Below are positions 37,616 through 53,400 of a stretch of DNA of 63,091 nucleotides, one piece after another (the first letter of the stretch is position 1; the number at the start of each line of letters is the position of its first letter). The notes beneath the pieces were generated by a model, which did no database searches, had not been told where the DNA came from, and saw only the letters and a list, made by a program, of their open reading frames with translations. The DNA comes from Perkinsus olseni. Lineage: Eukaryota. Made by a program: the position numbers and the translations under genes. The stretch is from positions 1-63,091 of the forward strand of contig JABANN010000138.1 of the NCBI GenBank assembly GCA_013115125.1, read 5' to 3'.

Positions 37616-40004
37616 ATGCACCTTTCATCACCATGGGCCGCTGTGCTAGTCCTATTTCTCGCTGCCGCGGTGGAGTCCGATGATCGCTATGACGGTCTTT
37701 GCGAGGAGATGCTAGTGCTGGCCGGGAAGGCCTCCCAGGCCGCCGCTCAGTCTCGTTTTGAGGAGGCTTTCGGTGAGAGCGCGCACTTCGTCCATCCTTC
37801 GCGCATTGTACTTCGCCCGCATTTCGGCAACGCTGTCGTACCTAGGCAGCAGCGATGCTCTCAGGGCTGCTACAGAAGGTCCGAGACTTGTACTTGGAGG
37901 CGGCCGCACTGGAGCCGGATGATCCCCAAGCTCACATGACCATGGCCAACCTCGAGCTCAATGCCAACTACATGGACAGAAGCCTGGCGTTGTGGGAGGT
38001 AGTCGGGAGAGGTTGGAGATTTCTACGGAGATCCGTGGCTGGGTAGGAGGCGAGGCGGGCTGTTGAAAAGTCTGAGGGGTCGACGCTGTCCAGCGTGGAA
38101 GCTCAGCGGCTGAGAGAACACATACACGAGCGCAGCAGAATCGCAGAGATCGGGAAAGTAGTAACTGGTGGCGAGCCTCGGTCATCAAGGTATCGGCCGA
38201 CCTTTACGAGATCGGGTGGTGCTCCTCTTGGCCGATGGAACCGTGGAAGCCCGCTTGGTAGGTGTCCATGGAGCGGGACAGGGTTTATAAGGACGGTCAA
38301 GGTAACATCACACGGAGCATCGAGTTGGCGAGAAGACAAGTCGAGCTTGTCCCGGAGCATCCTACCTATCTGCACGACCTTGGTAAGGTTCTAGGGCTGC
38401 TAGATGAATGAACCACTTTTCAAGCACGCAGCCGCCGGCACTTGCTCCGACAGTTAGAAAGTCTAGCGTTTGCTATTCACAGGAGCTGCCTGCTAGGCAC
38501 AATGTATATGATGCTTTCGGAGGTCGATCCTGACGTCGCGTGGCCGATGGCGGTTAAGTACTTGAGGGAGGCTCAGACAGCCGCCATTCGACGAGCCAGT
38601 CCAGTACTCCGATGTGCTGTTGAAGGTAGTTCGGTAGAACTAGATGGCAGGGGTTTGATATTCGGAACTCATGGCCGTCGGATATTGTGACTGGCTCTTT
38701 AGGCCGCATAGGGGAAGTAGTCGAGGAAGGCAAGTTGACGCTCTCTGAGGTTGAGCTGATGGGTGGTGACGCTGTTATGTTCCATAGGCCCAGCTGCACA
38801 TTGACGATGTAGTATAGGGCAAATGGAGAGGCCTGTGGGGGAATTGGAAGTCTTCAGGGTCTCGGCACATCTGTATCTCAATCTTGCCCAAAATCTTCCC
38901 TTTGCGGATCCAGTCCACGGAACAGCGGCTCCAGCTATGGAAAAGCGGCCAAGGATTTACAAGGGAAAGGTGATCGTCGTGGTGCGAAAAGCTCTGTGGA
39001 CCGCATTCATCCGGCACCCCGCGTGTCTTGCTGTTGGTTCTGGTCTCGCACCAGTCGGCTGCAGCGAATTCCGGCCGAGCAGACATCTGTGAATGTCTTA
39101 GCCGGCGGCCCCGGTCGTCCATTAGGTATTCGTTACAGTAGGATACCGGTCTACGATGTTCTATCATTTCCTGCTGGAGTCCCTAGCGCGGCTTGTAGCC
39201 ATGCAGGACATCAGGGCTACTACTCACCCTCAGGTGAGTGGCCTTCGTAATTTACGCTCAATATGATGCTGCGCGCAGATACTCCTGCCCTGGGCGCCCT
39301 TTGTTGACGAGTTCACTGACATCGTGTTGAAAGGACTAGGCATCGAGAATGCTAGGAAAGTTTATTACCCGACAGAAGGCTCCAGGCAGGCCCGAGCGCG
39401 CTTGTCAGAGGTGGTCACATACTCCTGGCCTACGGTGGCCGATCAATCCTATGGTCTGCCTCTCCACTGTATAACTCCAAGTCACTTGCTGCGTGAACTG
39501 CGAGGTGCTATGGTTCGGGGAGCTGGCGGCGTGAACGGGGAGGCCTCGGAAGTTCCTTTGGTTTTGTGGATCGTGCGAAAGGCTTCTCGAGACGAAACTA
39601 GGATATTGAAAAATGAACGACAGCTTGTGGCAGCTCTCCGGAAGATAGGCGGGATTGATGTGAGAGAATTCGACGGGGCAGAGGCGGCGGCCGAAGACGC
39701 CGTGGCGCTGTTTTCAAGGGCAGCAGTGGTGGTTGGTGTCCACGGGGCGGGCCTCTCTAATATCCTGTTCTGTGAAGAGGGAGCTGCGGTGGTTGAGCTG
39801 GGCTTTGCTAACCCTCTTGTATGGCACTACATGTACATCGCGAAGGCTCTGGGATTGCGGTATGAGCGTGTGCTGCTAGATGGAGCCGGCCAGGACGAGC
39901 GGGCCATGGGCAAGAAGAAAGTGTCCGTTAATGTCGAGGCTGCCGTGGGCGCAGTACGTAGGGCTCTGGGGGACATGGGGAGAGTAGTTCATGATGAAAT
40001 GTGA
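37616..40004 (+). CDS. Signal peptide + TPR repeats + glycosyltransferase family 61 (DUF563) protein
   Basis: MHLSSPWAAVLVLFLAAAVES; TPR-like AAALEPDDPQAHMTMANL; C-terminal RILKNE..., LFSRAAVVVGVHGAGLSNILFC..GAAVVEL. Confidence 0.85.
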
Positions 40005-40135
40005 AGTCCGCATGACGATCCTTGATGCAGTTGGTGGCCAGACTCTCCTATGGCTTCTTGTCATTTTCCATTGCGAACTGCTCGTCCTGCTTTCTGCTGG
40101 GTAGCATGTTTTAGTACTCTTCTGCGTCGAGTTGA

Positions 40136-42885
<2,750 letters not shown>

Positions 42886-43092
42886 TCAGGGGTCGAGTGA
42901 CTCTCGCTGTGTTTGTGGTTGTGCCTTCGCCCTCCCCTTCTAGGGGAGTGGCTGTCACCAGTACCAGTTTAACATTGCTACAAGAACTTCACTTCCTTCA
43001 CTTGTCTTCAACATCCTCCAACCTTTGCGTTGGGCTTACCTGGGGCCTGTCTGTGTGATGATAATTACAGTTATTGCTCTTCTTTTCGCAAG

Positions 43093-44295
43093 ATGTCGGT
43101 GACTCTGCGTGTCGACAGCGATGATGACGATGATGACTTCGTCATGAGGTTCGTCAGTGACCGGCTGAAGGCTAAGGCGCGGGCGGAAGGTGAGCACCAG
43201 TGTGGGGAAGAGGCTCAATCCAGCAGGGCAACCCTATAGGGCATTCGTGCGTGTACTGGTTGGGGAAGATTATCCGCGTCTATTGGGTTCAGCTTGTGCG
43301 CAATGCAGCTCGTCCATGCATCGATGGGGTTTCTCGTCTCAGATTCTTCGAAGAAACCTCGGCCGGGCGTGGTCAAGAGTCCTGAAGAAACAGGAAATGA
43401 GTTCTTTAACGGACTCGACTTGGCTAAGGCGACCACACGGCAACCCCCTCGAACGTTCGCCTCGTCTGATCACACTAGTGAGAGCTCCGCCATTACCCTG
43501 GCAGGGTTGAACACGATGGCTAAGGCGGGTGGGTCGTAGGGAGGGAATGCCTCACAGTTGAGCGTGACATGAGGTGTGTCCTTCACTAGGTGACTGGAAC
43601 GTCGACCCTGAGGAGGTCATCGGAGATAACGCTACTAAGCCCTTGCCTTCGCGAGATCCCCTGGCTCTCAACAGCGCGGCACCAGATGTCGTACAGGCTG
43701 TTGCCGAAAGGTGAGATGCTGTGCGGTCGAGTCCCTTAGAGTCGTCTTTGATGTGCAGGAAGGAGGCCAAGCGAGAGAAGGACGAACGCCTTGATGGGTG
43801 GTTCGGCTTGCCGCGGCAGCAACTGACACCTCAGATGAAGAATGAACTCAGGGTATGTCGAGTTGCAGGCATGCTTAGCTAGAGATGCTGCTGGCGTGTC
43901 AGATACTCAAGTTGAAGCCGTATATGGACCCGAAGAAGTTCATGAAGCGACTGGACAGCAAGAAGCTGCCCACCCACTTCCATGTGGGCGTTGAAGTCGG
44001 GGGCGGCAAGGTCAGGGCAGGAGGCGGCGCAGAGAGCCAAGCGGCAGGAACCTACAACAAGACATCTCGAGGTGGGTCCTGTAGCTAGAGGTGTCAGAAA
44101 GTACCTTATGGTCCCTCCAATGGTGTGTCAGGCTCTGGGGTCTCACTGCTATCGGATGCCCTTAAGGACTCGACGGTCCAGGCATGGACTCGTCGTCGTC
44201 TTAGTGAGGCTCAAACCTTGGCCAAGCTGCGGGCACCGTACAAGGTCAAGCGAAAGAGCAAAGCGGCGAAGAACAGCTGGAAGAAAAGAAGATGA
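43093..44295 (+). CDS. FCF2: Fcf2/DNTTIP2 pre-rRNA processing protein
   Basis: GWFGLPRQQLTPQMKNELR/ILKLKPYMDPKKFMKR...LPTHFHVG, with a basic C-terminus. Confidence 0.85.
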
Positions 44296-44667
44296 TTGTC
44301 TTCCGATGTTTGATCCCTTCATCATCTCCTACCACGTTTCACTGCCCAGTTCTGAGCGCCTTGTGTTCGTCAAGCAAGCGGAGCCAGCCTTGTTGTCAGC
44401 GCGTGGTTAATCTCGCTCGCCCTAAAATAGCGGATGCCGAGAGTCCGCTCCGCGTTGGTCGAACGTTCTGCATTCCGTGGGTGCCCTGACTAAAATCGGC
44501 ATCGGGTCGTGAGAAGAGGGCTGAACCTCCTGGTGAGTGCCTGGGTTCTGATAGGCTTCCATCGTCGACCCAGGGCGGGAGCGGGCGGCGAATGTGCGAC
44601 CAGAAGGACAGGTTGAGTTTCATTCAAGCAGCAGTGTCTTGGCAGTTAACGCAGTATAAGACGTTAA

Positions 44668-45570
44668 ATGCAGTACATCATTCTCTACTATCTCTCCGCG
44701 GCTTGCTCGACTCTTGCCCTCCGCCGACGAGGATCGGAATATCAGCTGGCAGACCTAGTAGAGCTCGGCATCTCGACCGCGCGGCCCAGCTATCATCTTG
44801 CTCTGTTTATTTAGGTTACGGCAACATCGAAGATTCTGAACGCCTTGGAAGAAACTGAGCAGACGATGGACAGGAGCGTCATGGTAATCAGCACAATAAA
44901 AGGTATCCCAAACCATCCTCTCCTCTCCTTCAGGCGGCCTTAGCGCAGTGGCCACTGATTCCGGGGACAGTCGAGGCACCTCCAGGCAGTACTGGCTCTC
45001 TGTAAGCCACTCTACTAGTGCTCAGTCGTTGAGGGTAGTCTGCTGCACTTTTCAGGAGAGGAAGCCTTGCCACTGTGAAGGCAGTGAATCACGGCACTCC
45101 TCTGCCGTTTGCCCAGACTTTGCTCAACGTCATAATTTCCTTGATTATGTCAGCTTTCGTTCTAACCGCTGCCGTGGTGGGTTACGAATACATTCGTGAG
45201 CGGCCTGAACCTGCTCTTCTTTGCAGGTCGTGTATCGGCACGCAGTAGCAGGGTGGTTGAAGAAACTGTCGGCTCGGCGATTCCTGAGTCCTGTCCTTCG
45301 GGGTGTTCATGTGAGTTGTCTTGCGCTCGCTTCTCGGAGAGCTATCACAAGCTTTACTCGGGGTATTGAAATCTGTTTCAGAAACCCACAAGAGCGTCCA
45401 GGAGTAGCGGAGAGTCGACCACCCAGGGTCGTGAGCCAGCGCCGACTTTAATAGCGGCGCCCTCGGTGTCTGGCGCGTTGAGCAACGCCATTCTGGCGAA
45501 GGCGCCAGAGTCAGATTCAGACAACGCGAGCACTACCGACGAGGAGTCGTCGCCGGAGAGCTGCCATTGA
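44668..45570 (+). CDS. Small predicted single-pass membrane protein (signal peptide, TM, S/T-rich tail)
   Basis: Spliced exon chain MQYIILYYLSAACSTLA ... LLNVIISLIMSAFVLTAA/VVYRH ... EESSPESCH*. Confidence 0.6.
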
Positions 45571-45792
45571 TTAATACCGTGATACCTTTCTCCGTGTCTA
45601 TGACACGATCGTTGTTGTAATGGCCGATGCCATGATGACACTTTGCTGTACATTCTCATACATGACGACGCTCTTGAATCTTGAGCTTGAACAGCCGTAA
45701 AGGGAACACAGAGTGTTGTGTTCTGTGAGTTGGGGAAGGTGTGGTAGAGCGCGGACGCACGGATAGACCTGTTCAAGAATATGGTGCTCTGA

Positions 45793-47895
45793 ATGATCTT
45801 TCAACAAACACCACTGCAAGTGGAGCCCGAGGAGAGGCTGTGCGAGGTCATTGCTGGCATAGCTCGAGCATCACTCAGGGCCGAGCAAGTGAGAGGAGTA
45901 CGAGAACAAGGCCGTGATGCCAAATCACCTTCTCAGACACTGCTTCGCGCGTTGGAAGACGAAGCGTCGTTGCTGAATCCGGAAGGAGAGAGTTCTCATG
46001 AAAGGGCAACTGCAGCCTTGGTGAAGGTGAGGGCGGTGCCTGGGTATAACCCTCCGATAATAGAAACCAAGGTTGTCGATATTTTCGTGGACTCGCAGAG
46101 CCTCGCTAGCCGGCCTGTTGAACTCTGTTCAATTGCTTGTTGGCAGCAAGTAAAAGAACAGAGTTCACTTACTGATACTTTTCAACAAGTTGTTGCCCTC
46201 ATAGATGAGTACGCAATTGGCGCTAGGCCTTGGTGGCATGGGCGACTTCCTGGAGATCATCACTGATGCTGCTCCCGGTAAAGTGGCATTAACCACTATG
46301 CAGAGTATGTGCATGACCCTTAGAGAGCTCACAGCGGCGTTGGCGGAAGGTGGGGCGGGCGCACCTTGGGTGGAAGCAGGGCTCTGTCGTCAGGTGCTGC
46401 CGAGGCTCGACCCGTGATCCACGATATGGACCCTACTGAGCTCCATGCTCAGCTGCTCCACCCTGAGGCTCCGGAAGGGAAAGGGGTCCGCTCTGAAAGG
46501 AAGATGAGTGCTCTCACTACTGATACTCCGACTTCCAGCCTTAACATCAGGTGACGAGCCGCTCACCTGGTGGGCAGGGGGAAGGCTCACGCTGTCGTTT
46601 TTTAGTGTGCCACTGCCTCCGATCTACGTCTCTGATTGCGCGCTGCTCGGAGCCAACGTGGCCGGTGCGACCGAAGATCGGCAGTTCTCAGCGGCCCTCG
46701 ATGACCGTATTAACGAGCTGGAACGGACACTACAGCGTGAGGGATTGCTCCTGCGAGAGCTGACCTCTGAGCGTCTGAGAAAGGCTGATAAGGAGACACC
46801 CGGTGAGGACGGGGTCTTCGCAAGCCCGCCGCTTCAACGGTCTACTCACGCATGTTGCCAATGAGATGCTCTTGGTTTGATCATCTCGCGGCCCCCGCCC
46901 CCCCCCCCCGGGGCCCCGGGGGGGGCCCCCCCCCCCCCCCCCCGCCCCCTGCCCGGCCCCCCCCCCCCCCAGCCCCCCCGCCGATAAAATGATTACCTCA
47001 CCCACCCGGGGCAGCCCGGGGTATTTTTGTGGATCAANNNNNNNNNNCGGGGGTGGGGGGGGTTTTCCCCCCCCCCGCGCCACCACGGGTAAACCCCCCC
47101 TTTTCCAATATTTTTTTTTTTTTTTTTAATCCCCCCCCCCCCCCCCCCCCCCCCCCGGGGCCCGGGGCCGCTCCAGAGATTTCTGGGACGGTCGCTGCGA
47201 AATTGAGCATCGCGCTCTACGCACTGAGCGTATCCTGCCCGACTCGGTTGCTCTGCCGGGTTGGATGAGTCGCCTGTCAGAAGCCCCTAAGCGGCTTACT
47301 CTACCACAGGCGATGTGCTATCCCGAGTCTGTCGAGCTCCAGCTCACCGCTCGGACGAACAGCGAGTTCGAAGTGGACGGAACGCTCCTATCGGACGGAG
47401 AGCTGCGGGACCGCTGGGCCTCAGTTTGCGGTGGTCGGAGAAGTTGCGAGGGCATGTCGAGCGCGTCCACAATCGAAGGCTCTTCTTTGCGGGATATTGG
47501 CGCCCTTATCGAGCTACACCGGGCCAAAGATCAGCGAGTAAGTCCTCGCAGGTCCGCAGCTTTACCACTGCTTCTCGACGTAGGCGTATGAACGTCGAGA
47601 AGAGTTCTTCTGGCCGCAGTCGAAGCGCCGGGGCTGTCAAAATAGGAAAGCCGCGGGCGAGCGAGGCATGGTGGTATCGGAGCAAGAATCTTCCATCATC
47701 AGCAGCGAATCTAACCATTCACGGCGGAGGGCTGAACGGAGAGCTACGGAGCCAAGGGGTCGACGCCGTTCTTGGATGAGGAGCGTGCTGCTATGCGGCA
47801 CAGCCGGTGACGCTGGGGGGGATAGGAGAAGGAAAGGCCGATGTCCTTGCGGTGGCAGCAGGGTCCTCGACTCCCCAGCTGGGGGCGGAGCATGA
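45793..47895 (+). CDS. Hypothetical protein(s) spanning the assembly gap
   Basis: Plausible plus-strand helical exons. No family recognised; structure uncertain. Confidence 0.35.
46889..47170. other. Assembly gap (10 N at 47038-47047) with low-quality homopolymer flanks
   Basis: Runs of C, G and T homopolymers on both sides of the Ns, typical of degraded read ends. Confidence 0.9.
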
Positions 47896-48062
47896 TCCAC
47901 ATGTAACTGTAGGGGTGTTGTGATCATCTTACTACTAATACCATTATGCATGCTCTCGTATCCGCGTCCACTACCGCAGTAATTCAGTATCTAGCCTGAG
48001 ATGGCAGGAGGAGGCCTCCTAAGACAATTTCATCATCCCTTGCCTCGCGTCGAGTTGTTACT

Positions 48063-50017
48063 ATGGGGTCGATGTCGCTTCCCTTTCTTCTGCTAGAACT
48101 CCCCTCCCTCGTGCTGCTGTTGGTGATGAGTTCAAGTGAACGGCCTTTAGAGTGCCTAGTACGGCAAAGCGGGATGTCGTATGCTTCTACACCTACCCCC
48201 TCCCTTGAAGGTGGGCAGCCGGTTGGATCCGTATTGGGTATCTGGCTCTCAGGCTACCGACAGAGACCCATCATTCAGACCGTTCTTGATGGGTCCAGCA
48301 GTCTTGCCGGCTCTCCGAGCTCACGACACCAGCACCAGCAACAGAGTGGAGGCTTCGAAGTGATACGTACGCCTCGCAAACCTTCTACCAACGAGACTCT
48401 GGTTACTCAAGCCCTGCTCAGGCGTCGCCGGATACAGCGCCGGAAAGCGATGTAGAAACACGGTCGCCCCCAGCGAGGTGGTTCGTCAAACACCGAAATG
48501 AAGCTGGGGTCTTCGTCCAGCGAGTAGAAGATGGAGATGCCCAGGTGAGGCTTGAAAGGCTCACTAAGGAGCCCAGAAGGGAGGGTGCTACCAGAGGAGG
48601 CGACTCAATCACAGAAGGGCACTTGAGGAACCATCTTGCTAAGTACTCAGCTGGCCTGCGGCTGGGCCTCTCGCCTGGGAGCTATGGGGCTTTCCTGGCT
48701 ATCAGGGTATCGGGTCGTCTGGCCGGGGCTAAGTCCGAGGAGGAGCTGCGTGCAGCAGTGGCGTCTGTAACGGAGGCTGGGATAGGGTGGATGGAGGGGG
48801 TGCAGACGGCTCTCACAACAGCTGAGGAGACGCTCAGGAAGATACAGCGCGTGCGCCTGTGAGCCGGGCTGCAACCACGTTGGGGAAAGGGAGAGAACCT
48901 TCGGAAATTCCGTTGCAACATGGAGTTATTCTCGACAGGGCCAGACGTACTGGTTGTCGCCTTGCGGACTGGAAGATTCCCTTCATTCCCAAGCTCTTGT
49001 ACTCGCAATTATTAGAGACCTTCGAGAGGCTTCCCATTTCGGAGGGATATACGAGATGGGAGAGGCTCTCACGGCCGCGGGAAGTCTCTGGGAGCCGGCA
49101 CTGGATGATCGTGCGTTTAACGAACTCGTCCAGTGCGCGCGGGAGAAGCTTGGAAGGCTCACGGACGAGCGGCGGGAGGTAGTAGCTCTATGACCTGTAA
49201 TGACATGAAGGGCAGTTGCGATGTGGTAGATAGCGCAGCAGTATGTGTCGGAAGCGAAGCGATTGTCGAGCACCATGGCAGCCATCCCTGCCTGGTTTCT
49301 CTTGAAGGACGCCCTCGCCAGACTCCGGCAGACAGGGGCATCATCAGAAATCCTTATGGAAGCGGAGAGTGTAGGAACGGCCCTCCAGGGGATGCTCGAA
49401 AGACGCAGACGTGGCATGTATTGAATGGCCCAAGGGAACGCTTCCGGAAATCTGTGGTTCGGGGGACGGTGTGTGTCCTGCCTCCGACCAGGGCAGGTTG
49501 AGTGTAGTACTGGTCGTGTCAGGCGATGGAGGTGGTGTCCGATGGTTCGCTGAACATAAGCAGGAAGCAAGTGCGGATACTGACCATCTCATCATACCTC
49601 CGCGGCTCTCCCTTTTGGTACAGGTGCAAGCCGCAGCGGCCGAACTGATGAAGGACGACGCCACGCAAAGAGCCGTGCTTCAATGCGATCAGTGGCTCGA
49701 CACAAATCGTGAGTGGAACAGGGGGCTTAGAACAGGGCGATAGCGGTACCCCAGATGCCACTCTGCGGGAGAGGTCTATTGTCGAGCTGCGCGTTGCGCA
49801 GCTACGGAGCAAAGCCATCAGACGTCTGCGCTCCGCGATCGAAAGGCATCTCTGGGGTTACGCTGAAGGCGACTGCGCCATCGCCCATGCAGTAGAGGAC
49901 GCAAGGGACGTTGGTAGTAGCCTTGGCAGCAGAAGCAGCAGCAATGGTGGCTCTGGTCAAAAACGTTATCTGTCGTCAATATCTGCCACAGTGAATCAGC
50001 CGTCATCAGCGTCATAA
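48063..50017 (+). CDS. Hypothetical protein (multi-exon)
   Basis: Series of plus-strand coding-like segments bounded by GT/AG. No family recognised. Confidence 0.35.
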
Positions 50018-50452
50018 GGTGGAATAGTGCTCCTGACGAATCCGCATCGGTACTTGGCCATGATGAGGAGTATCGCCGCTTAGGAAAGGAACTCTGTCGT
50101 TGTAACCTCTTAGCTGAGAAAGGGTCCTTCCCCCTGGCTCCACTACGGCCTGGCCTAGGCTACTCGAACCAATGCGTCCGTGGAGTACGGTGAAAGTCTC
50201 ATTGCATCTTCGCTTCTTTTTCTTATATTCTCTGAAGGTGCCTCTCAAGAGTCCATCATACGAGAGCTTAGTCCACTGAAGGCCCTTTGCGGGAATATAT
50301 CAAGCCCTGATGAGCGCGGGGCTACTGAGAATCTAAATACACGAGATGAACAGGAACCGAGCTCGTGACCGTCCATGTTGTTGCCATGGCTGTTAGAGCA
50401 TATTTCTGGGCCCGAAACCAGTGGATTCTGTTGAGGGAGGTCGTTTGACAAA

Positions 50453-53400
50453 ATGCTCCGCGCGGAGGTTGCAGAGGTTCCTTGTTGCCGCTCCGTAAAT
50501 GCGCACCTCTCTCCTAGCTCTGCGCCCAGGCCGCCGTCAGGCGCATAAGTCCGAGCCAAATCTTCGTTCGACTATGCGGAAGAGGGGCAGGATGAAGTCA
50601 ATGACCGATGCTGGGCGGAAGCTCGTGCAGAAAGGTGTCGAAGTAGGGCCCCAAGATCCTGCATTCGAATGGGTCCTAGTACTGTGTTGGCCCTCGCTCC
50701 CGCCACCCTAGGCAGCGGAAGACCTGCGTGTTGGTAGGTGATAGCGAGACAGGTTGAACACCGAGACGCCCAGCAGCTGACGATGATGGAGCAAACTTAC
50801 GAGGGCTTCTTCACCGACTTCGATGAAGACTGTGTTGACCATTACAGAGCCGAAGAGGTGAGCATCAGTCAGCGCTTCCACCGAAAGTTCGCAGTCCCGT
50901 AGAAGCCGGCTTTTTCGTTCGATGCTCAGAGAATCATCGGAAACCGCCAAAAGATCGGGGATTCGCACAATCTGGGAGGAGCAGGCCTCAGCGTTCTGGC
51001 GACGGGGCAAGCGTCACTCGCCACTCTGTACGGCTCGCAGCGGGCCCCGGAGAGCAAACCAGCTGAGCCGAGCGCCGCGAAGATCCTAGGTCTGTGTGAC
51101 CGGGTCAAGGAGACTCTGCAAAGGTCCGAGTGCTTCGTGTGGCCTGATAGCAGGTGGGCTGTCAGTCAGCGTTCCGGTTGTGTCAGAAGATCTCATCAGG
51201 TTCCGTAGAACCTGGGATCTCATCTTGCTCTTCCTCATTCTCTATCAAGCCGTCACCGTGCCTCTACTGCTCGCTTTCCCTTATATACACCTTTCTGGGG
51301 GCTATAAGCTCTTCGAGGACGTCGTGACCGTGTAGGCAGGGTGCGCGTGACGAAGCCGCTCACAGCTCGGCACTCAGTGGTGCGGGTTCTGATCCGGCCC
51401 TAATGCGGCGTTGCTCGCAGGTTCTTCCTCCTAGACGTGCTAGTTAACTTCTGTACCGGCTATCAGAGACCTAACGGAGTTATCGAGATGGGCGCTAAGG
51501 AGGTCAGAGCGCTCTCGGTCATCTCGCATAAGAAGACGCCCTCCTGTCCCCCAGTGATGGAGCCCCTGTGTCTGCAGGTTGCTCTGCACTACCTGAAGGG
51601 ATGGTTCCTACTCGACTTGCTCGCCTCGTTCCCCTATTCTTGGATAATAACGGCAGCAGCAGGGACCGATGTAGGTCAGCTCTACCGAACACGATCCATC
51701 GATGTGCCTGGGCCGCTCTCAGTCAGCGGCTTCTCGTGGCCCCAATCTGCTTCGAATCATCCGAGTTGGACGAATCGCGAGAGGCCTCAAGCTGGTTCGG
51801 GTTCTGAAAGTGGGTCGGCTCACGTCGATTTATTCTCTTCTCCCCTCGCCAATCTACCATCACACCAGCGCTCGATCTGCCATGTGGTGCGGATTCCCAA
51901 GTCCTCAGCTGAAGGGCGTGATGGACGAGCTGTCGGCGTCGCTCGGAGGAGCGTTGGTTGAGTCCTGCGCCATGACTCTCATTGGAATGGCCAAGTTCAG
52001 CGTTCTAGTGGTAAGGACTAGCAGGGCGCATAATCTCGGATGAAGCCAGCTCCTCTCTCCGTTAGCAGTTGCTCATTGCGCACTGGAACGCCTGTGCATT
52101 CGGAATGGTAGGCTGGGAGCTCTACCGTTCGGGATCCGAGAACTGGATGTACAGGCTAGAGTATGCCAAAGGTAGGCACTCTCTGGTTTCGGTCGTACTG
52201 GCTGCGGTGTGTCTAACGCGCGCTCAGAGCTCTTATACAGCTCCGTCGGGGGAATTAGATAAAGAAAATTTATGAGGGCACTAGTCGAAAGCAAATACGT
52301 GTCATATTAAGCGATACTTTTTCGGGCGCCGTACTGTCAGGAAATAGTCTTAAATTTTCTATGATCAGAAGTTTCTCCGTAGCCATGCTGAATGACCAAC
52401 CATCGGGGCACAATCGACGTGATCGTCGAATCCGACATCCATAAAATTGTTCAATACCTCGGCCTTCCATGAATGAGATTGGTCCTGGGTCTTTCCCTCT
52501 GACAGGCAGGGCCACTACGTTTATGGTACTGATATCGAGCCTCAACACTCCCGCTGTAGGTGCATACCCGACAGAGTTAGTGACCCTCCACCAGAGGCCA
52601 TGCGTAGACGGCGAGACTGCCGAGCTACAGGCAACCTCGTATACCAACTGGGATGAGTGACTTCATGCCGCTCAATCCCGTGTTGTAAGACCTGCCCTTT
52701 TAGTTACACGCCTGGCGACCGTATATGCGTGCTACCGGACGTGTACGAGGCCTACCTGCAGAGCATGTTTTGGAGCCTACAGACCATCGCAGCAGTCGGG
52801 TGAGTTTCTTGGCTGGGAGGGTTGACAGAGGGAGCTCATAAGCTCGCAATTGATGATCCGGTGACGTCTTCTCTTGGCCGGCACGATAGCCGTGGGCACC
52901 GGCAAATCCACGCTACACACATCGGGCGCCTGAGATGGACTCCTGTTAGCGAATTGAAAGTGTCCTAGCTACTGTACTCTGTTGAGACAGCCACGCTGAG
53001 GGGTACTGTAACTGGTCTGTCCGTGGAAACTAGAGTGGGTCAGGGGTCACGTCTGTAATATGTATGTTAGATACGGCAACGTCTACGGCTGGCATTGGGG
53101 AGAGCGCTTGTACTCGATAATCGCCATGCTGCTGGGCTGTGCTGCTTTCGGATTAACTGTCGGATATGTGAGAACGGACTAGTACCGAGCGCCCTAGAAA
53201 CATATGGAGTGGTCCTTGACTAGAACGAACTGTTGACAAATCGTGTGACAGCGTGTCCGAGTGGTTAAGGAGGTGGACTCGAAATCCACTAGGCTCTGCC
53301 TGCGCAGGTTCGAATCCTGCCGCTGTCGTTTCTTTCTGTTTTCTCCGACTTGGAAAGGAACTTCTTCTAGGTGCAAACGCTCTACAGCTCTCCCGACATC

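Noticed and set aside
46889-47170. G/C homopolymer tracts and poly-Gly/Pro ORFs
   Set aside because: They flank an N gap and have the signature of low-quality read ends; not treated as biological.
52328-52380. Resemblance to the U3 snoRNA 5' domain (TACT.TCAGG, TTTCTAT, AGAAGTTTCTC)
   Set aside because: No properly ordered boxes C', B, C and D downstream.
52376-52386. TCCGTAGCCAT, matching the 5' half of the dinoflagellate/Perkinsus spliced leader
   Set aside because: The 3' half (TTGGCTCAAG) and the following GT donor are absent, and a 10-11-nt match is plausible by chance in this window.
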